NCBI RefSeq assembly: GCF_006345805.1
Contig: NC_043012.1
Span: 19,902,001-19,966,000 of the forward strand
DNA: 64,000 bases
Reading direction: 5' to 3'
DNA from: Octopus sinensis
Taxonomy: Eukaryota
In this document: positions 40,638-53,392 of the stretch, piece by piece
Layout: every line of letters begins with the position of its first letter
How positions within the stretch are numbered: the stretch's first letter is position 1
The notes under the pieces: generated by a model
The model's database searches: none
Told to the model about the DNA's origin: nothing
The model's input: only the letters and a program-made list of their open reading frames with translations
Position numbers and translations under genes: made by a program

Positions 40638-42534
40638 AGTGTGTATGTATATATATACTCACCTCTCTATCTTTGGAATATTGTTTAAAGACGTTCTATT
40701 ATCGAAAAGGTAAATCTATACTTCTCGGATTCATTACGCATATCAATTCAAATTACTCGTTAGATATACCTTCCTAATGGGCAACTTCACATATAGATTG
40801 TTTGTTTGTATTTCTGATTTTAGATTCCATTGTATGTCCGTACGTTCGATTCTTCAAACGTTATTTAAATGGATACGAAATTTCAGTGTTAAGCACTGCA
40901 AGATTTTGATCTTAATGTACACAGACTTGTATGCATTTTAACAGGAAATTTCAAAGATAAAATTTATCAGTAATGCTTGAATTAGGAAAGGTTGATGAAG
41001 GAACGTAACTATATAAACGTAAGCAAACACATATACCTTTTACACACAGGCGTGTTACCTGTAAAAATGTTCACTATATATGCATGCATTTATTCATAGT
41101 GATGCATAACCTACGTAAATAAATGATCTCTACACTTTAACAAGATGGTTAAATTTAGAAAGAAAATATTTCAACGAAAAATGATAACAATGAATTTTAA
41201 TTAACGTGGAATTTCAAACGTGCATTTGTCTATTATATATCTTTAAGAGTTCAATGGGAAGCAAATTTCATTAATGTTTCATACAATTTATTCATAACCT
41301 TTCTGAAGAAAAAAAATCATAATTAACTCAATGCTTTCGATAGAATTATTTGCTATGCGGGTACACCATATTATCTAGTATCGTTACCTTTTTGAACAGA
41401 AATCGGATTTCTTTAATGATGCGATCCTTGAGCAATTCCGTGTCAATGCGTATTTTAATACACGTAATTAACACCTGAAAGAGATGTTCTCTATAAGATA
41501 ATTAATATCGTTTTCATATTTAGAATTTGCTGCTTATCATTCATCGTCTTATTACATGACAAGTTAGAATTCTGTTCTGTGATACATTGTGTATTTCTTT
41601 AAGAAATTACCAAAGAATTGCCCGTTGCATAACATTTTTATCTTCTTCATAAAATGTTTAGCTGCAATCATACATCACTAAGCAACGACTGTTCAGGTCA
41701 TAAATTTCTATATTGTTTGAAATAAACTAGGAATTTTGTTGACTTTAAATGTTACGACTCTTACTTTCAAAGAAACATGTTCACACATATCTTCTCATAT
41801 ATGATAAAGGATGACAAGAATAATAAAGATAAGGATGAGTATGCGGTAGAAGGAAAGCGGTAAAGCATGATTATCAACATCACCACCATTACCATTGTTA
41901 CAACTGCCGCATACGTCTTAAATATTATCCTCATCATCATCCTGTCGACAAACTTTTGGCTTGATTTCAAATCGCGAACGAACCCAAATAAATTTTTTGT
42001 ATTTCATAAGTTTTTGACAAATTTCAAACAGTAATTTACTGTTATTTCACTCTCACAAACTTGGTTGACTATTCTACAACATTTATCCAACGTAGTGCCT
42101 TAACATCAAACGAAACGCAGCAAATAATTATCGTTTAGATCTGGTATTTAATCTGTAGGTGTTATTTGCAGTACTATTAGTTTAGAGACGTAAACAAAAT
42201 ATCGTCGGTTGCGAAATGATCTTGTTGGCAGACATTAACACATACGCTCACGCAAAAGCACACACGCACGCACATACATGCATACACACACACAACACAA
42301 GCACATATATGCATGTATTTGCAACGTATTTCCAGAGAGTTTCCGTCCGTCTACAAATTCACAAGTCACCTGTCCACCTTGGAACTACGAAGCTGTGATC
42401 TTGTAACTCTGTGGCTTCAAAGCTAGCTTCTTTACCACACATTCCTGCCCGTACAATTTTACCTGCATCGATATGGATATCATAATCATTTATATTATTT
42501 ACATTTGACGGATATTCGTCCTCATCTTTTTGTT

Positions 42535-42579
42535 AACACACGTTTCGGCTGATATACCCTCCAGACTTCATCAGGTGTC
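42535..42579 (-). ncRNA. Hammerhead motif (PLE pseudo-LTR family), probably defective
   Basis: GACAC-CTGATGA-A-GTCTGG-agggtata-TCAGCC-GAAA-CG-T-GTGTT. One stem II mismatch and one nucleotide missing at the cleavage triplet. Confidence 0.6.
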
Positions 42580-42598
42580 TTGGGGAAATTTCGCACCT

Positions 42599-42660
42599 GG
42601 GCATATGGCGTAGTCGCTACTATCCTCAAGATTCTGAGGTCGATTCCAAGCAGTGAACTC
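42599..42660 (+). promoter_or_regulatory. tRNA-like Pol III head (A and B box) at the start of the PLE repeat
   Basis: GGGCATATGGCGTAGT.. (A-box; the same motif with TGGCGTAGTGGTTAA occurs at 1337-1358 minus) and GGTCGATTCC (B-box-like, 42638-42647). Confidence 0.55.
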
Positions 42661-42697
<37 letters not shown>

Positions 42698-42700
42698 GTG

Positions 42701-42798
<98 letters not shown>

Positions 42799-42799
<1 letters not shown>

Positions 42800-42913
42800 G
42801 AACACTTTCCATACAATAACCATCAGAGCATCACAACAAATCACAGCACATACCCAAGGCACACAGAGCTGCGCTCGGTAGTGAAGTGAAAGCACGCTAT
42901 AAAAATAAAACTA

Positions 42914-42916
<3 letters not shown>
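42799..42916 (+). mobile_element. 3' end of an R4/Dong-like LINE inserted in (AAT)n
   Basis: 118-bp unique segment bounded on both sides by (AAT)n. Begins RTLSIQ* (similar to R4/Dong ORF ends), then a short UTR with AATAAA. Family assignment is from recall. Confidence 0.55.
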
Positions 42917-42963
<47 letters not shown>

Positions 42964-42994
<31 letters not shown>

Positions 42995-43045
42995 AAGAAG
43001 AAGAAGAAGAAGAAGAAGAAGAAGAAGAAGAAGAAGAAGAAGAAG

Positions 43046-43077
<32 letters not shown>

Positions 43078-43086
43078 GAAGAAGAA
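42964..43086. repeat. (GAA)n microsatellite
   Basis: Seen directly in the sequence, about 40 units. Confidence 0.95.
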
Positions 43087-43113
43087 CATCGGCAAATACC
43101 GAAATTTCCGCTG

Positions 43114-43159
43114 GACACCTGATGAAGGCTGGAGGGTATATCAGCCGAAATGTTGTGTT
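43114..43159 (+). ncRNA. Minimal type I hammerhead ribozyme motif (PLE pseudo-LTR family)
   Basis: GACAC-CTGATGA-A-GGCTGG-agggtata-TCAGCC-GAAA-TG-TT-GTGTT. Confidence 0.72.
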
Positions 43160-44540
43160 AACAACAAACAAGATGAGGATAAATAATGTTAATAATGTAC
43201 ATAATTCTTCATCTCTTAAATATAGAACTGAATATCATAAAATTCTGAAATTTTCAAGTACATGGTTCCGAACTAAAATTCTCGCACTTGCTTTTGTTGT
43301 TGTTATTTGACCAAAATATAGAAAGATATCCTCAGAGCCATCCCGGTTCAGCACCGAGGACTATATTTATTACAGATATTCAGCATTGCCACGCCTTCAG
43401 CGATGAGGACCGTATTTTATGACCAGTCTGAATTGAAAGGAAATTGCCTTGCAGCACGAGACACACCGTATACTCTGGCTCCCATGTATTTATTTATTTA
43501 TTTATTTATTGGTGCGGTAGATAAATAAATGAATTGAATTGCTTTAATCTCCACAGATTACAAATCATTTGTCAGTTATACAGCTGTGTTTTTTCTGTAT
43601 GTGTCTAACATATATAATAAGATACATGTATCTACAAACTTAAAATGTCTTTCTTAGGTGTGATCATCTTGGGTATATGATGCTATGCGGAAACTTTACT
43701 ATTAATTATCAGTTTAGCATTAATCCATTGCACTATTCGAAAAGAATTACTTTAAAATATTTACTTTTTACAAGAAATTGAAACCAAACCACTTGGACAG
43801 AAACAACTTTGCAGAAATGAAGCGCCCATTGTAATATCTAAAATGAATTTGAATTACAACCATGATAATCAAATAGGGCAATGGGTATTTCCATGTATTC
43901 AGTTTGTAGCTTTCGTATTGTAACTGGTTTTATATTTCCAGTCTTCTTCTCGGGTATCTTACATTCATTTATTTCCTACATTTTGTTGCGGTTATTACCC
44001 GCCAAGACCTTCAGATTGGACATAAACGTAATTGTCACATTAAATTTAGAGGTTACTGGTGGAGTAATGGCGTTGTGCATTTTTTCTGAACTTACTAGCG
44101 ATAGAAGAATGGAACTCCATGGGCCATTTTGGCGATGCGTAGAACATAAGGTAGCAGTGAAAGATGAAAATATATGAAGTTTCTAACTGCATCAAGATAG
44201 GTAAAATTACATTCACTCTTCTATAATCATATATTTACATACCTTCCCTACAAACATCTAAATAGCTAAAGAATTGACATACATAAACTAGGTTATCGTA
44301 TAAAAATCTTAACTGTCTCGTAAATATATACATTTACGCTGAACCGCAAAATATATGTGAGACCTGAGTGACTGTGAAATACGTTTTAACTTCATCATGT
44401 CAGAGACAAGTTTTAATGTCAGAGACAAGTTTCAAATTTCTTGGAAGCACTTTGACCAAAGTCTATGGGTCGTTGTCATGTGTTCTGGCAATGGGCGGAT
44501 CCAGCACATCGAGATTGTAGGATGTAACAGGGTTAATACC

Positions 44541-44778
44541 TATTTCTTTATTACCCACAAGGGGCTAAACATAGAGGGGACAAACAAGGACAGACATAGG
44601 TATTAAGTCAATTACATCGACCCCAGTGCGTAACTGGTACTTAATTTATCGACCCCGAAAGGATGAAAGGCAAAGACGACCGCGGTGGAATTTGAACTCA
44701 GATCGTAGCGGTAGACGAAATACCGCTAAGCATTTCGCCCGGCACGCTAACGTTTCTGCCAGCTCGCCGCCTGTGATC
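44541..44778 (-). mobile_element. SINE family B, full length with 15-bp TSD
   Basis: Head GGCGGCGAGCTGGCAGAAACGTTAGC..GAGTTCAAATTCC. Perfect TSD AACAGGGTTAATACC at 44526-44540 and 44779-44793. Confidence 0.9.
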
Positions 44779-44804
44779 AACAGGGTTAATACCGTGTATG
44801 TCAT

Positions 44805-45575
44805 CCCTGGGTATTCAAAATGGCCGTACACTGTCGGTACATGGAGTGCACGAAGCGGTTCACAAACACCATTGTCACTTGTGCCCACTTCTGAGGAAAG
44901 CTGCTTCCAGTTCCACATGAGTTGTCTGCCTTGGGACAACCTGGTTCAGCCGTATCTGGATTTCCTCCCATAGGTGTTCAATTGGATTCAAACACGGTCT
45001 GTGAGCCAACCACGGACTAAGAGCCAGGACGTCCATGGTAACCTGACCGTTTTGGAGGGAGCATTGTTCTGCTGGAACATGTGGCTATGTTAACGCGTGA
45101 AGAAGGGCAGGATGTGAGGTTTTAGGATCTGGTAGTCGTAGCGCTGCGCTGTGATGTCATTTCCTCTGCCTGCACCAACATTTTGGAACATATGGCGCCA
45201 CAATCCTCTGACTCAGGCCTTTTGCACTTTTGCGAGCTGTGATGACAGGCCCACGCGCAGGACGACGGCAATGCAGGTTCTTGGCGACCAGTCGACGTCG
45301 TACCATGTCTTCGCTGATGGGTCGCTGTCTAGTGCCAATTGTCTCGAGAGCTGAGGTGTCACAGGTGGATGAAGCAGTCTTTGCCTGGGCATGGTCTCCC
45401 CGAGGCATCCCCTGAGGGCTCGGTTTGCAGTGATGTTGGTGTTTTTGTATTGCTGTTGCAGGCGATAGATGGTGCTGACGTGGACATTGTAAGCTTTCGC
45501 AACAACCAGGGCACGCTGCCCTGTGTGCAATCGGCAGATAACCTGTTCTCTCTATGCTGCTGACAATCAGGTCAT
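44805..45575 (-). pseudogene. Tc1-like transposase remnant
   Basis: VAKAYNVHVSTIYRL (HTH), RRRL..LHCRRPARGP, FQQNNA, PWLAHRPCLNPIEHLWEEI (SPDLNPIE motif) and terminal GHFEY. Stops, frameshifts and an internal deletion. TIRs not resolved. Confidence 0.85.
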
Positions 45576-47065
45576 ACCTGATACATCCAAATTACGAATG
45601 CCTGGAACGCGGTTCATGTTGCATTTCGGTTTTCAGGACTATTGTTTGGGACTGCCATTCACAGCAGTCAACGCAGGTGCGTTTTTGGCATCTCGTTTCA
45701 GGGAAATTTGAAAGTGTACCTGAAATTTGAGTCTCGGTTATGAACCAGTATGTCTTCGAATATTTACATTTACATCCCCGAAATAAGGTTTCAGAATTTA
45801 CCATATAAATATGACATTTGGAAAAAAACGCGTTTCTGTATAGGCATGTTCTATTGTTCTTGTGTTCATTTCCATTCCCATGCATAAGTTTATTAGCAAA
45901 CATACGCATACAAACCAGGAATTATACATTTTAAAAAAATATTACAAGTGATGAGCTATGGCTGAATTTTGTTGAGAATGAACGACGAAAGAAAAAACGT
46001 TTAGAAATGAAGTATGGAAAATAAGCAAGTGATATGGAATAATGATATAAAATATAGTTTATCAGCGCAAACGTGGCATAATACGATTTTTTCTGCATGG
46101 ATCTCTACAGTTGCACCAATATAAATCAATAAGCCAATCGGAAAGATTCCAAAAGATAGGGAGAAAATGACGAAAATGAGATCATCGAAAAGTAGAACTT
46201 TTAGTCTAAGAAGAAAAATGAAAACCAGATTGTTCAAGTCACTAGAAGAAATAATTTGGGCAAAAAAATTATCATTTTTCATTTAGTTTCTGGCGTGAGA
46301 CTTCAGGAAAAATAAGATAATAACAGTAATCGATTGTCAGTGTGTAAGATTCCAAGGTCTGACCAAGTGATTACAAGTGTTCTGAGTACTGAATGAGTTA
46401 GATGCATCAAAAGCATATTACTGATGGGCCAACGAGGAAAAATAGATTAGCCGCACGATTGACTTTATAGAAAAGACAACTGAAATTCCATGAAATCACA
46501 TATTACTCTTATAACAGTGAATATGTGATGGAAGAAAACTAACTCTGAGGAAAAGTCTACCTCATCAGGAAACTAAACTGCGACTTAGTAACAGAAGTAA
46601 TGCAAATATAATGATAGAGTACGAAAAAAAATAAGTCAAAATTCTTGCATTTATTCTGAACGTCTTTGGGTGACATAAAAACGTGTGGATATTCAGCTGT
46701 ATTTCATTAATTATTCATATCTGACTGGTATAAAGGGCGCTTAAGTCTTATGCAGACAGCTGAAATGTCTCTTACATTTTGTACTTGATACCGCTACAAA
46801 ATATTTTCAAAATATTTTTTATCAAAATATAGACTTCACTTCGAGCCAGCCAGGACACAACGGCTCTGCATTAAATCAATAAATAAATATTTATAAATGA
46901 TTTTAGTTTGAAAATTGTTTCTGGAAAAGAAAAGTTCATCCAACCTCAAGTCATTTGCATATTAACAGGGAAAATATAAAGTGTGCCTTCCCAAATAAAA
47001 TGTTTGTGTATACTCGCAAGGGTAATTTGTGCGTGATTCCGAAATGCGTATATATAAGTACTTAT

Positions 47066-47271
47066 GCGAGCTGGCAGAAACATTAGCACGCCGGACGAAA
47101 TGCTCTGCGGTATTTCGTCTGTCGTTACATTCTGAGTTCAAATTCCGCCAAGGTCAACTTTGCCTTTCATCCTCTCGGGGTCGATAAATAAAGTACCAGT
47201 TTCGACTTAATCCCTTTGTCTGTCCTTGTTTGTCCCCTCTATGTTTAGCCCTTTGTGGGCAATAAACAAAT
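47066..47271 (+). mobile_element. SINE family B with 18-bp TSD
   Basis: TSD GTATATATAAGTACTTAT at 47048-47065 and 47272-47289. Confidence 0.88.
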
Positions 47272-47300
47272 GTATATATAAGTACTTATACTAAGAAGAA

Positions 47301-47531
47301 AGGCGGCGAGCTGGCAGAAATGTTAGCACGCCAGGCGAAATGCGTTGCCGAAATTCGTCTGCCGTTACGTTCTGAGTTCAAATTCCGCCGAGGTCGACTT
47401 TACCTTTCATACTTTCGGGGTCGATAAATTAAGTATCGATAAATTAGGTACCAGTTAATGTAATTGACTTAATCCGTGTGTCTGTCCTTGTTTGTCCCCT
47501 CTGTGTTTAGCCCCTTGTGGGTACTAAAGAA
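47301..47531 (+). mobile_element. SINE family B with ~27-bp diverged TSD
   Basis: ATATATAAGTACTTATACTAAGAAGAA (47274-47300) versus ATATATAAGTGCATATACTAAGAACAA (47532-47558). A further 3' fragment lies at ~47826-47895. Confidence 0.85.
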
Positions 47532-47682
47532 ATATATAAGTGCATATACTAAGAACAAGAATTCAACGCAAGCATCCACACGTACTTTATGCACACACTC
47601 ACATACACACAAGCACGCATACACATACAACACACGCACCCATACACTATAAATGCATACATACGTACACGCAGGCACACTG

Positions 47683-47713
<31 letters not shown>

Positions 47714-47756
47714 TATGTGTGTGTGTATACGTGTGTTTGCGTGTGTGCGTATATAT

Positions 47757-47830
<74 letters not shown>

Positions 47831-47959
47831 TTAATCCCTTTGTCTGTCCTTGTTAGTCCCCTCTTTGTTTAGCCCCTTGTGGGCAATAAAGAAATGTATA
47901 TATAATAATTCAGAAATTCAAAAATGCAACGATGTGAAAATCAATATATTTATATATAA

Positions 47960-48877
47960 TGTGAGGCTACTTTTGTCTCCTTATCGCACAGGAATGCAAA
48001 GGCCCATTGAAATTATTTACACATCTTTGGAATTTGGTCTACCAACCTAGCTCCTTCTCTTCCTCCTACTATTCACTTCAACCCTCATGTATTTATGATA
48101 ATAATAGAAAAGAAACAAATAGAATAAAGGTGAGGAAAAGGAAAGAAAATTTACAGCGACAATGTACTTCTCAATATGTATGACATACCATTTGAGACAA
48201 TCTTTGCATTTCCTGCATTGATGGTAAGCCACAAATCATTTTAGAATAATTTTCAGTTCCTGTTCTCCTAAACGTACGTCTTTAGACGCCACATCTTTTC
48301 GAATTCGATAAGCAAATATTTATATTTTCTGAGCTTATCAAATTGTTTTCCCGAGATATTATAGTCATAGGGCATGCTCATGTCAATCGATAAACAGACT
48401 TTATTGCTTTTGTCTTTAACAACAATATCTGGTGTATTTGCTTTCATGGTCCGATCTGTACATACTGGGAAGTCCCAAAGTACATTTTCTCCATTTACAG
48501 TCTCAGGGTGGTGCTTGTACCATTCGTCAGAAGTTTTGATTTTATAATGCCGACAGTTACTTTAACATTGCTATTACAGCATTGCTCATCATTATTTACC
48601 ACCAATAGTGCTTTGATCTGTATAGTTGTGACTAACCTTTGTATCCACGGCGACAATATAACCGTTATTTATTTAAAACAACCGCCTTTGCTACTACTAC
48701 CGTTCGGCATTTTCGAATGTTTAGTTTCATCTTTTACCTTGTACTTGAGATAATCATAAATACGTGAGAGTTGAAGGGAATAGTAGGAGGAAGCGAAGCA
48801 GCTGGGTGGTTAGACCAAATTCTACAGGTCTGTAAATATATTTGGCAGATGATAAGGAGGCAAAAGAAGCCCCACAC
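47960..48877. mobile_element. Non-autonomous DNA element with ~130-140-bp terminal inverted repeats
   Basis: tgtgaggctacttttgtctccttatc..gaatttggtcta..cttcctcctactattc.cttcaac.ctca.gtatttatgat (47960-48099) is the reverse complement of 48750-48877. Confidence 0.7.
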
Positions 48878-48991
48878 TCTTGGGGTCACCAGAGATGAAT
48901 TGAAGGCAAGGATTCCCCACCTTAAACATGGAGACTTTATTTAACAACGACAAGACTGTCCAGAAGAGTTGCAGCAGATTCCGAAGTCGCC

Positions 48992-49069
48992 TGTGTTAAC
49001 AACAAAGAAAATGAGAGCAAATATCCGTGATTAATGTACATAATCCCTCGTCTCTCAAATATAGAACTG
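48992..49069 (+). mobile_element. PLE pseudo-LTR 3' fragment
   Basis: tgtgttaacaacaaa..aaatatccgt..aatgtacataat..aaatatagaactg matches 2052-2145. Confidence 0.65.
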
Positions 49070-49744
49070 TATCCTCACAACTGATCAATACTCTGTAAAC
49101 ACAGCGATGTCTGTAAGATGTGTTAGAAGTGGTTGTTGGGAAGAAATTTTCTTCGAATCACAAGCCACAAATTCTACTCACCCGGTTTCCCTGGCTCAGT
49201 GGGGTGCTTTGAGAAGCACATCTAGCACTCTGCTTTGCAGTACCAATGCCGGGATGGAGGCTAAAAAGAAGGAAGTTTGTTGCAGTTCTTCCGAGAGATA
49301 CAGAGTGAAACGCATGCGTTAATTTCCAGCGTGCTCTTGAAGTCGTACTGGAAAATGAGGTAAACCATTACCTCGTTATTTCCCGGCCATAATCTAATTA
49401 TTAGTTCTTGATTTTCCTTATTTCTAAATGCGATACTGTTTTTTTTATTTTCTATTTATTCAAAGCATCAAATTTAGCCGCCTTATAAGTACACATACAT
49501 AATACATTTTATGATTAATTAAAACGTTTTAATTAAAACATTGTCTGTCTTACCGTCTGTCTGACACTCACTTACTCCCCACCCCACCCCTCTCTCTCTC
49601 TCTATCGATCTATCTATCTATCTCTCCCTTTGTCTCTCGTTTTCTGTCACTGGTCTATACTTAACTTATTTCTTGTTTCTATAGATTATCATCTCTGTTA
49701 ACTTTCTGACTGGTGATATGTTATATATTTATGAAGCAATTTTA

Positions 49745-49929
49745 CAGTGGCTGTGTGGCAAGTTGCTTGCTTACCAACCACATGGTCCCGGATTCATTCA
49801 TACTGCGTGGCACCTTGGGAAAGTGTCTACTACTATGGCCTTGGCCCGACCAAAGCTTTGTGGGTGGATTTGGTAGACGGAAACTGAAAGAATCCCGTCG
49901 AACATATGTATATGTATATGTATATGTAA

Positions 49930-49978
<49 letters not shown>

Positions 49979-50233
49979 GTGTGTGTGTGTGTGTATGTAT
50001 GTATATATGTATGTGTGTATGTGTCTGTGTGTCTTTGTTTGTCGCCCCAATATCGCTTGACAAGGATGCTGGTGTGTTTACGTCCCCGTAAATTAGCGGT
50101 TCGGTAAAAGAGGCCAATAGAATAAGTACTAGGCTTCCAAAGAATAATTCCTGGGGTCGATTTGTTGACTAAAGGTGGTGCTCCAGCATGGCCGCAGTCA
50201 ACTAACTGAAACAAGTAAACGAGTAAAAGAGAG
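49745..50233 (+). mobile_element. SINE family A, near full length
   Basis: Collinear with 9633-10100. Confidence 0.88.
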
Positions 50234-50242
50234 TATTTCAAA

Positions 50243-50790
50243 CTAGCGGGTCTCGTGAAAATTGCATGGAATTACTGAGTAACTTATAGATTATTTCTAA
50301 AAAAATACTTTATGCCAAAATCCTGAAAGCGTACCCTGTGTTGTGTTTGTATCAAAAAACAGTCGCTCATCTATTAATAATTGAAAAGCCTGAGGAAATT
50401 GGAATACAACGATTCCATAATGCACCAGAATTAATATACAGCACTCTCTCTCTCTCTCTCTGTTCCCTCTCACTCATCACCTTACCCTCTTTTCCCCTCT
50501 TCTTTTTCTTTCGTTTTTTGCCTTTCCTTTCAACTAATCACGTGAAAGCGTTACAGTCGGGCTAAGTAATGGACGAGAAAAGCTAGGTTCAAATATAAAA
50601 TTATACATTTCACTGACCACCCCAGCACCCTCTCCCACCTTCCCTTCCCACATGTCCCCTCGCCATTTCCATGCCCTTGTCATTCCTACTCCACCTCCAT
50701 CCCTCATATACCTTTCCTCTCTTCAACTAATCACGTGAAAGCGTTATGGACGTGCTAAGTAAAGGAGTAACAAGCAGAATTATTATAAGA
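50243..50790 (-). mobile_element. Non-autonomous Helitron-like element, copy 2 (548 bp)
   Basis: Minus strand A|TCTTATAATAATT...CCATGCAATTTTCACGAGACCCGCTAG|T: TC and CTAG ends at an AT target with no TSD. Internal duplicated motif tcaactaatcacgtgaaagcgtta (~50531, ~50723). Confidence 0.75.
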
Positions 50791-51912
50791 TCATGCAAAA
50801 TCAATTTTGACCTCTGTGCTGTTAATTAGGTGCTTAAACTGCGTTCCTACGCCATACACATGTATTATGGAAATTGAACAGAAGTGATGAATTCTATCCG
50901 AATTTTAGTAATGTGTATATAAGTAACTACAACCACCGGAGTAAACAAAATTCATGCAGACTACATTTCATAGATATTTACCAACAGAAGAAATTAACGA
51001 GGTTATTCTCTTTATCGACACTCGCAGATGGACAGAAAAGTTGTTAAAAAACAAATTGTTTCCGTGTTGCAGTGACGTTACACTGTAATGTTGAAAAATG
51101 AATGCTCGCTACATCCAAATAGCCGAAACGGTAGAAGTGCAGAATAAATTGACTAATTTTCGTTTGCATCGCAGGAACGTTTATGAAAATTATCGCGACT
51201 AAATTAACACTAATTTTGTACTGCTAATTGCCATAAATATTGCATTTTTCTGGAGTGAGGGCATATATAATTTTAATGATTTTCTTGAAGAAAATAAAAC
51301 ACTAAACTTGATGATATTGCTTATCACATATATATGGAACATAGAGTATAACACCTAAATCTAATTTTTATAGTAAAGCTAAATAGTATTTTTATAAAAT
51401 ATTAATAGTTAATAAATGGTAACAAGGAGGACATGCTGAAAGATGCAATACGAAGTTATTTGCGATGCTATAACATATTCTGACACACAAATGAAACACA
51501 ACACAATTTCGTTCTACGCGAGTTTTTTTGTTTTATTATTTTACTATATCGATGTTATTAATGTTTCTGGAACAAGAACGAATTAGCTCTGTCCTTCTTA
51601 TTTCGAGTACACAGAAACCTATAATCCTGTGCGAATTCCTCCACATAAAACTAATCCAAGTGATGAATATTTAATTCATAAAGGTCTATGGCTGTGTATA
51701 TCTCTATAATAATAATAATAATACAGCTTTGCTGCGTAAATGCCTAATTTGCTTTACATGGTGACAAAGAAACTCCTCTGTGGTTGTGAAAACGTTATAC
51801 CTGTATGTGGAAATATAATCTGTTAGACAATTAGCCATAAATAAATTCCTTTGACCGCATTTGAACAAACATAGCATTAAAAAAAATTAACACTATAGCA
51901 ATACTATATATA

Positions 51913-51980
<68 letters not shown>

Positions 51981-52849
51981 TATATGTATGTATGTACGTA
52001 TGTATGCATATGCATGTATGTATGTATATGCCTTCTAATGTTCATTAAGAGGGTTCATTTGGGTATTTTACCCATGAAGCATATCTCTGAATGATTTTGT
52101 AAGAATAGTGCAGGTTGGTTTACAACACCACACCTTTAACGCTAGTTCTTCCTACTTCAAAATATTACGTCTATAATCACACGCTAAAATGGACGTATGC
52201 ATCGCACTTGCACAATCTCTAACCTGTATCAGCCGAAAAAAATGTATATACATATGTATAAAATGTTAATATAATTTCTCTTCTACATTTAATCATTCAA
52301 ATTTGCCTTAGTGGAAAGTGCAGGTTTTGAACAAAGATAGGAAGCTCGGGTATGCTGGTATGAAAGTAGGTAGGTAGGTCTGTAGATAGGTAGGCAAGCA
52401 GGCTGGGAGGTGTGTTGATAGGTAGGTAAGTACTCAAGCAGGACGGCCGCCTGACAGGCAGGCAGACAGGCAGGTAGGTGGCTAGGTTTATAGATAGGTA
52501 GGTAGCCAGGCAGACAGACATACGTACGTTCTCCAGCAGGTCGGCTGATCGTCAGGCACGCAGGTAGGTAGGTAGGTACGTACGTAAGTTAGTGGAGAGG
52601 CAGGTAGTTGTGTACGTATTTATGTTTTGAATTGAAACAAACTAAGAAGCAGGTGCAAGATATAATGAAATAAGTTTGCCAGGTTTTAGATGAAGACAAA
52701 TAGTGTCACGTTTAAGAGGAGAATATACAGAAAAATTTACGCAAGGAAAGAAAACGACAATGGTAATTGCAACAAATATTCAGCTTTTGGAAAAGGAAGT
52801 GACATGATATAACAATGATAAATGAAAGTGTGTCTATTTACAACTGAAA

Positions 52850-53157
52850 GAATATATGAACATATACATATGTGTATATGTGTATGTCGACATATGACAC
52901 ATGCATATATGTATATGCTTAAATATATAAATATTTATATATGTATCTGTGTACACAGGTGTAAATATATATATATACACGCATATATATGTGTATGTGT
53001 ATTTATACATATGTATACATATACGTATGCAGACACGCATATATATACACACAAAGAGCCACACGTACACACACGCACACATACAATTATACAAATACAT
53101 ATGCGTATGTAAATATATATATATATATATTATATATATATACATATATATATATAC

Positions 53158-53211
<54 letters not shown>

Positions 53212-53245
53212 TTACATATATATATATTATATATATATACATATA

Positions 53246-53284
<39 letters not shown>

Positions 53285-53308
53285 TACTATATATATATAC
53301 ATATATGA

Positions 53309-53385
<77 letters not shown>

Positions 53386-53392
53386 ATATATA
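52850..53392. repeat. Long degenerate (TA)n/(CA)n low-complexity tract
   Basis: Seen directly. Many similar tracts occur elsewhere (e.g. 8367-8442, 16030-16300, 25500-25620, 51900-52030). Confidence 0.95.

Larger units (their letters stand above)
42486..43231 (+). mobile_element. Non-coding Penelope-like pseudo-LTR element: inverted partial copy plus forward copy
   Basis: 42490-42597 is the reverse complement of the repeat at 1985-2100 and 43100-43200. The forward copy ends ..CTCTTAAATATAGAACTG as at 2128-2145. TSD ATATCATAA at 42477-42485 and 43232-43240. Confidence 0.8.

Noticed and set aside
44380-45830. Terminal inverted repeats for the Tc1 remnant
   Set aside because: Only patchy complementarity (tcaaatttc/gaaatttga). 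The ends could not be defined.
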